This document shows, one piece after another, positions 56,342-64,000 of a stretch of DNA of 64,000 nucleotides. The position numbers and the translations under genes are program-made. Positions within the stretch are counted from its first letter, which is position 1. Every line of letters starts with the position of its first letter. The DNA comes from Octopus vulgaris (Eukaryota): positions 27,652,001-27,716,000 of the forward strand of contig OX597814.1 of assembly GCA_951406725.2 (NCBI GenBank), given 5' to 3'. Below the pieces are notes generated by a model. The model had not been told where the DNA came from. It did not search any database and saw only the letters and a program-made list of their open reading frames with translations.

Positions 56342-56681
56342 ATATATAGATGTATATGTATGTATATATACATATATGTATGTATGTATATATTTACATA
56401 TACATACGTGTATAATGTGTGTAGTTTCTAGCTCTCTCCCTCTCTCTCTCTCCCCTTCTCTCTCTCTCTCTCTCTCTCGCTTACCCTCCCGCTCCCTCAG
56501 TGCATTTACATCGTGATATATAGATCGATATGTAGGTGTATATGTGCGCGTGTGCATGTGTTTATGTAACTGGTAATTTATGATGCGCGTGTGTGCTTTA
56601 TTTTTATATCTGTATGTTTCTGTTATGTTTATGTCCACACGCAAACATCTACACGTACGCACGTATATCCATACACACACA

Positions 56682-56774
<93 letters not shown>

Positions 56775-57079
56775 TACATACTCTAACGAACGTTTGTGTG
56801 TTCTTTGACATACACACACACATACACACATATACATACATACATAAATACGTACATACATGCATACATACATACATACATACATACATACATACATAAA
56901 TACATACATACATGCATACATACATACATAGATACATACACATACATACATGCATACATAAATACATACATACATGCATACATAAATACATACATACATA
57001 GATACATACATACACGCATGTATTCATTTTATGTGCGTGTGTTGTGCAAGGGCCTGCGTAGCGTGTATGTGTGTATGTA

Positions 57080-57149
<70 letters not shown>

Positions 57150-57255
57150 TATGTGTGTGTGTGTGTGTGTCTGTGTGTAGATGCTACTGTTTAGCGGAAT
57201 TCAATGACGGTATAAAGACTGGGTGCTTGCATGAATCTGCCTGTGATTAGAAAGC

Positions 57256-57290
<35 letters not shown>

Positions 57291-57396
57291 ATCTATGCGT
57301 GCGCGTGCGTGTGTGTGTGTGTAAGCATGCGTGTGTGTGCGTGTGCATGTATAAATGTGTGCATATTTATCTGTATATGTATGTATGCATATTTGT

Positions 57397-57464
<68 letters not shown>

Positions 57465-57515
57465 GACACATGTACACATAAATATGTGTATATATATACA
57501 TGTACATACATATAC

Positions 57516-57585
<70 letters not shown>

Positions 57586-58037
57586 TGTATATATATATAT
57601 ATACATATATATACATATATATACATATATATGTATATACATATACATATATATATATATGTGTGTATACATGTAAGTGCGTGTCTCTTGTTAGTGTTTC
57701 TAAATGTCAGATAATATTCAATGATAGTATGCGTGTGTATGTTTGTGCTTTAGATGAAAGTATGTGTGTTAGACATATGTACGTCCACGTATGCCTCTAC
57801 TGTACAATAGACACACACACACACACATACACATATACACATATACACATATATACCGAGACGCATACACACACGCGTTCGCATTTGTTACCGCCTGGTG
57901 TTAGACAATGTCAGTATTGAGATAATAGGTCTGTGTTCATAGGAATAAGAATATATTGATATGTATGTACCTACGTATGTTTATATACATACATATATAT
58001 ATATATATATAGTATATATATATTTAATATATGCATA

Positions 58038-58086
<49 letters not shown>

Positions 58087-58117
58087 AATGCATATATATG
58101 TGTGTGTGTGTATATTC

Positions 58118-58177
<60 letters not shown>

Positions 58178-58281
58178 TATATATATATACATATATGTAG
58201 ATACATAGATATACGTATATATACTTATATACATATGTGAATGTATGTGTATGCATTTGTACGTGAGTGTTTCTTATTTGC

Positions 58282-58332
<51 letters not shown>

Positions 58333-58400
58333 TGTATGTATGTATGTATGTATGTATGTATGTATGTATGTATGTATGTGTGTATTCATGTATGTATACG
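55800..58400. repeat. Degenerate TA/TG/CA microsatellite field
   Basis: Direct reading. Confidence 0.9.
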
Positions 58401-58656
58401 TACATGTGCATCTGAAACCGTGGTCGTATGATTGTCTATATGAATATGTGGGTGAAAATTTTCTTTGTAGTTATATCTGTTGATAAGCTCTTTGTTGTTC
58501 TGCAAAACTGTGGTAGCTCTCTTGAGGTTCCGATTTCAATTCAACTAAAAGGCATCTTTGACAAGCGTCCTTTTTTACCATAACCTTGGATCAACCCAAG
58601 ATTTGTTGACCGAAAATGAGCAAATGGAAACTGTTCGGCATCTCAGGGTATATATA

Positions 58657-59093
58657 CTCTTACTCTTTTACTCTTTTACTTGTTTCAGTCATTTGACTGC
58701 GGCCATGCTGGAGCACCGCCTTTAGTCGAGCAAATCGACCCCGGGACTTATTCTTTTTGTAAGCCCAGTACTTATTCTATCGGTCTCTTTTGCCGAACCG
58801 CTAAGTGACGGGGACGTAAACACACCAGCATCGGTTGTCAAGCAATGCTACAGGGACAAACACACACACACAAACACATACACATACACATACATATACA
58901 TATATATATATATATATATATACATATATACGACAGGCTTCTTTCAGTTTCCGTCTACCAAATCCACTCACAAGGCATTGGTCGGCCCGGGGCTATAGCA
59001 GAAGACACTTGCCCAAGATGCCACGCAGTGGAACTGAACCCGGAACCATGTGGTTGGTTAGCAAGCTACTTACCATACAGCCACTCCTGCGCC
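58657..59093 (-). mobile_element. SINE family A, full length
   Basis: Homology to 1645-2040. Confidence 0.92.
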
Positions 59094-59105
59094 TAGATAA
59101 TTTAT

Positions 59106-59315
59106 TGGGGCACCGCCATTTGGTGTTGCTACATGATTTTACTTCACGAATGCTTTTTTAGTAAATGCCATCTGGTGCATGAGAGAGTTCGATGCAGCTG
59201 CCCTCATCTGCACCTCCTGCCGTGGAGTTGGTTCATCTGGGACACCTGACAAGAAGAGATCCAGTTTCATTTTAAAGTTTCATTTTAAAGATATCTGCAT
59301 CCACCCCCATGCACC
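59106..59315 (-). mobile_element. CR1/L2-group LINE 3' end
   Basis: GVDADIFKMK..LDLFLSGVPDEPTPRQEVQMRAAASNSLMHQ (FK..LD.FL..VPDEP..NSL motif). Confidence 0.75.
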
Positions 59316-59440
59316 CTATTTGCATCTCAAAGAGTCAGCCTTGTCGGGTTTTGTGTTCCATTGACTCAGCCTGATAATTGAAGTAAGGGTTGCATATGCG
59401 CTTTGAATGCTCATCTGTTCCCGTGGGCATTTAATGAAGA

Positions 59441-59821
59441 CTAGCAGTATCGCCCGGCGTTGCTCAGGTTTGTAAGGGAAATAACTATAAAGCATTTTTA
59501 GAGAGTTATAGCCAAAAAATAGCAAAAAAATGGAAAAAAATGATGGTAAATTTTATTTGATAGTTAAAAAAGGTGGAGTTGCGTCCCCTACACAGTTTGT
59601 GGTTTGTGTTCCTGATTCCCGACCCCATGTCGAATTTATCGATTTTTTTCAGAACTGGGGGAACTTTTCAAAATTTTCGCTGCGTTAGTTTTGATTTATG
59701 ACATTGGGCTATGTGTGTGTCAAGTTTCACCAGAATCGGTTGAAAACCGTGGTCAGGGTGAGGGTACAACCAAACAGAAACACACACAGACAAACTGCCG
59801 TTTATATATAGAGAGAAGAGA
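59441..59821 (-). mobile_element. Non-autonomous Helitron
   Basis: A|TC..CTAG|T on the minus strand; near-identical to 14295-14674. Confidence 0.85.
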
Positions 59822-60014
59822 TGTGGCTGACTTGTGGATCTCCGTCGATTTCGACGATGATTATTCCAGTTGATCGACCGACTTAACTGCCAGCTTGTTG
59901 GCAGAGAATTATCGTATGAAGTAGATGAACGTTTTTTCACAGTCGTATGTGACTCTAACGTAATTCTCGGGTAGAATCAGTGTGACACCGTATGTGACGA
60001 AACTCGACCCTTTG

Positions 60015-60047
<33 letters not shown>

Positions 60048-60105
60048 TAGTTGCGTGTTTGTGTGTGGTTGTATGAGTATGTATAAACAGATATGTATGC
60101 ATGCA

Positions 60106-60184
<79 letters not shown>

Positions 60185-60235
60185 ATATATGTACGTATGT
60201 GTGTATATATATGTATATATATATACATGTATGTA

Positions 60236-60267
<32 letters not shown>

Positions 60268-60289
60268 ATATGTATATATATATAGTATA

Positions 60290-60325
<36 letters not shown>

Positions 60326-61160
60326 TATAAATACGTATTTATATATATATACATATATATACATGTGCTTGTGTGTCTGCGTGTGTGCTTGTGTTTGTGC
60401 GTTTGTATGGATGTATGTGTGTATATGTGTTTGTGTGTGTGTGTGTGTGTATGTGTATTCACAGACATAGAGACTTCGATACATTTCTCATTACATGCAT
60501 ACCCACATAAGTGAACTAAATGAGCACGAATACTTTGTCTGTCTACATATCATTGATATGTAAGAACGAAGAGCAGTATGGCATATATCTGTATATGTGT
60601 ATGCATGCATGTACGCTGTGTACCTATGTACCTATTGTTATACGAATATGTTGACATGTTAGTCTGTCAGTATGTTGCTTGCATATGCTTTCCTATTGCA
60701 AATGTGATCTTGAAATATCATTGATTTGTCTTAAGATGTTCGCCTCTATTGGCGGCTGTTACGACGCCTGCAGAGTTTATCTGTAGCTCATCGGCAGGGC
60801 CGTGTCAAGTGCAAATGTGGAGTCTTTTTTTTTTTTTTTTTTTTTTGTGAGCATTCAAAATATTTATTTGTACATATATGTAAAAGGAGAAGGCAGGCAG
60901 CCATTAAGAAATACCAAATCTGAAGTGTTTTCTGGAGTGCATTATGCTTACGCTTCAAGCATGTTTGTTTTTGTTGTAGTTGTTGCTGCTGTGCTACCGT
61001 TGTTTATATTGTTCAATGATAATGCTCTTTGCTATGCTATCTACTGGGTGGTTGGTCTCACCGCTGTTACGTGTAACCTATTCAAAAGTAGTTTTAGCAG
61101 TGTGTTGTTCAAAAATGGTCTTGGCGGAGTCCCAAGTTCGATACCATTGCATGGCATAAA

Positions 61161-61395
61161 AGGCGGTGAGCTGGCAGAATCGTTAGCACGCCGGGCGAAA
61201 TGCTTAGCGGTATTTCGTCTGCCGCTACGTTCTGAGTTCAAATTCCGCCGACGTCGACTTTGCCTTTCATCTTTTCGGGGTCGATTAAATAAGTACCAGT
61301 TACGCACTGGGGTCGATATAATCGACTTAATCCGTTTGTCTGTCCTTGTTTGTCCCCCCTCTGTGTTTAGCCCCTTGTGGGTAGTAAAGAAATAG
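61161..61395 (+). mobile_element. SINE family B monomer, 18-bp TSD, inserted into an older SINE
   Basis: gataccattgcatggcat at 61140-61157 and 61395-61412. Confidence 0.92.
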
Positions 61396-61743
61396 ATACC
61401 ATTGCATGGCATTTACTTTTACTATAGCTTCGGGTCATTCCATACTTTATAAGTGAAATTGGTTAAATAGAAAATAATAATAAAAAAAAAACTGTGTGGA
61501 AGCTCGCTGTATTTGAAAGGCCCAGCCTTGTACCAAAGAGTTCTCTCATTGGTTCGGCCCGAGAATTACGTTAAAAGTACATGTGTTCTGCGATATTCAA
61601 CAATTTACAAGCTAATTCAATGAGTAACTCAGTTGATCGAATTGAGTTAAATTAATCATCGTTGAAAGTGACGGAGGATCCATATATGTATATATTGTTT
61701 AGTTATGCAGTATTAGTAGAAATTTTGACCCTGAGTTAATGCA

Positions 61744-62320
61744 GCAAGCTGGCAGAAACATTAGCATGTCGGTCGAAATGCTTAGCGGTATTTCGTCTGC
61801 CGCTACGTTCTAAGTTCAAATTCCGCCGAGGTCGACTTTGCCTTTCATCCTTTCGGGGTCGATTAATTAAGTACCAGTTACGCACTGGCGTCGATGTAAT
61901 CGACTTAATACCTATGTCTGTCCTTGATTGTCCCCTCTATGTTTAGCCGCTTGTGGGTAATAAAGAAATAGGTATTTCGTCTGCTGCTATGTTCTAAGTT
62001 CAAATTCCGCTGGGGTCGACTTTGCCTTCCATCCTTTCGGGGTCGATTAAATAAGTACCAGTTACGCACTGGGGCCGATATAATCGACTTAATCCGTTTG
62101 TCTGTCCTTGTTTGTTCTCTCTGTGTTTAGCCCCTTGTGGGTAGTAAAGAAATAGGCATTTCGTCTGACTTTATGTTCTGAGTTCAAATTCTGCCGAGGT
62201 CGATTTTATCTTTAATCCTTTCGGGGTCGATAAATTAAGTAGCAGTTGCGTACTGGGGTCGATATAATCGATTGGCCCCCTCACCCAAAATTTCGGGTCT
62301 TGTGCCTAGAGCAGAAGAGA
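61744..62320 (+). mobile_element. SINE family B array, three units
   Basis: Restarts at ggtatttcgtctg and ggcatttcgtctg after each aaagaaata tail. Confidence 0.88.
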
Positions 62321-62409
62321 ATTTTGGCCATGGGTTACTCACATTCGCTATAAACTCGCTAGAAAATCTGGGTAAATATACCTAAGTGATACAAGTATTC
62401 TTTATCTTC

Positions 62410-62857
62410 TATATTTTGCTTCTTTTAGTCATTGGCTTGCGACCATGCTGGGGCACCGCCTTGAAGGGTTTTAGTCGAACAAATCAGCCCCAATATTTAC
62501 ACTTCCTTTTTCAAAGTCTGGTACTTATTATATTGTTGTAGTTTGTCGAAGCGCTTGTTTACAAGGACGTAAACAAAAAAAGATCGGTTGTCGAGCGGTT
62601 TGAGATGGGGGACAAACGCAGACACGCAGACACCTACGCGCGTGCACACAGACACACACACACATACATTTCCTCTCTCATACACATATGTGTACACGAC
62701 AGGTGTCCACACAGTTTCCGTCTACCAAATTCACTTACAAGAGATTGGTCGACTTATGGCTATTGAAGATGACACTTGTCCAAGGTGCCGCGCAGTGAGA
62801 CTGAACCTGAAACCGCACAGATGCATAGCGATCAGCTTTACCACGCAGTCATGCCTG
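62410..62857 (-). mobile_element. Diverged SINE family A
   Basis: Homology to family consensus. Confidence 0.75.
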
Positions 62858-62881
62858 TAGTATTATAATCACAAATTAATG

Positions 62882-63197
62882 AAGGTGCGTGGCTTAGTGG
62901 TAAGGGTGTTCGACTTACGGTCGTAAGGTCGTGAATTCAATTCCTGGCGGCGCATTGTGTCTCTTGAGCAAGACACTTTATTTTGCATTGTTCCAGACAA
63001 CCTAGCTGGCAAAAATGAGAAGTATCCGATTTCAAATTGTCGGCTTCATCACATCCTGTGCCACGTCCAATCTCCCTGAAAACTACGTTAAGGGTACTCG
63101 TGTCTGTGGAGTGCTCAGCCACTTGTACGTTGATTTCATGAGCCGGTTGTTCTGTTGATCGAGTCCACTGGAATCATCGTCGTAACCGACGGAATGC
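62882..63197 (+). mobile_element. Diverged SINE family C
   Basis: gcgtggcttagtggt head; aactacgttaagggtac body. Confidence 0.8.
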
Positions 63198-63711
63198 TAG
63201 TTTATATTCATATATTGCAGTTCACATTTTACAATTCAGAGGTCAGTTAATTTTTCAAGGTTTTTCTTTTCTTTTCTTTTTTTCCCTTTATTTTCTTTCT
63301 TTGTATTTCACATAACCAATGTCCAATAAAGATAATATTAAATCAATAACAATCAAGTTTAATTCATGTTATAGAAGCTTTCCCGCTTCTATTTCGGCAG
63401 AATCGTTAGCAAACCAGACAGAATGCCTAGCAGCATTTCTTCCAACTCATTACATTGTGAGTTCGAATTCCGTAGAAGTCGTCTTTGCTTTTTTTTTTAT
63501 TACCTTTCGAGGCGGATAAAATAAGTAGCAATGAAGTACTGCGGTCAAAGTAATCAACTTGCTTCCACCTCTTAAAATTACTGGCCTTGTGCCAAAATTA
63601 CAAAGGATTTACTGCTAAAAACGGTGAGCATATTTTAAGTCAATTTCTGGACTGCTTTGAATCCCATTTTGCACGGATGTACCCTCCTAGCCATCAGATG
63701 TTTAAAAAAAT

Positions 63712-63967
63712 ATAATAAATGCGCCCTTTTAAAGCCTAGCTAGGCTCATGGGTCCGGTTTCCCGGTTTCTATGGTGTATGTGTTCCCCAGCTGGACGGGA
63801 CGCCAGTCGATCGCAGCGTTACTCATTTTCGCCAGCTGAGTGGACTGGAGCAACGTAAAATGAAGTGCTTTGCTCAAGAACACAACGCGTCGCCCGGTCC
63901 AGGAATCGAAACCACAATCTTACGATCATGGTGTTGACACCATAACCACTAAGCCACGAGTCTCCAC
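63712..63967 (-). mobile_element. SINE family C, alternative-tail variant
   Basis: Matches 28127-28376. Confidence 0.85.
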
Positions 63968-64000
63968 CATCTGATGTCAAAAGATTCTATATTTTTATAA

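Noticed and set aside
60735-60780. 10-11 nt matches to the 360-bp unit (gatgttcgcct, cctgcagagt; also gaggaagcggaa near 48506)
   Set aside because: Too short and not colinear; chance level

Overview
Eukaryotic, AT-rich, extremely repeat-dense non-coding DNA. The repeat families (three tRNA-derived SINE groups, Tx1/L1-like, R4/Dong, RTE and CR1-like LINE remnants, Helitron, hAT and piggyBac miniatures, two decayed mariners, very long microsatellites) look like a coleoid cephalopod, probably octopus; this is recognition from memory, not a database result. No intact host gene, RNA gene or CRISPR array can be supported. Nearly all ORF-track entries are microsatellite or SINE translations. The stand-out object is a very young, near-perfect head-to-tail array of six 360-bp units (43120-45293) inserted in a (TA)n tract. 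It is unrelated to anything else in the window, terminally redundant, preceded by two inverted templated fragments of itself, and can fold extensively as RNA, which fits integration of a rolling-circle product from a small circular DNA or RNA. Also notable: two Penelope-type minimal hammerhead-like motifs (one with a G3:C8 core swap), self-inserting SINE arrays with an apparent RRTA target bias, a 248-bp target-site-like duplication, a cluster of R4/Dong 3' ends in TAA repeats, and a microsatellite foldback copied 28 kb away. All coordinates, translations and pairings were worked out by hand; ends are approximate where stated.
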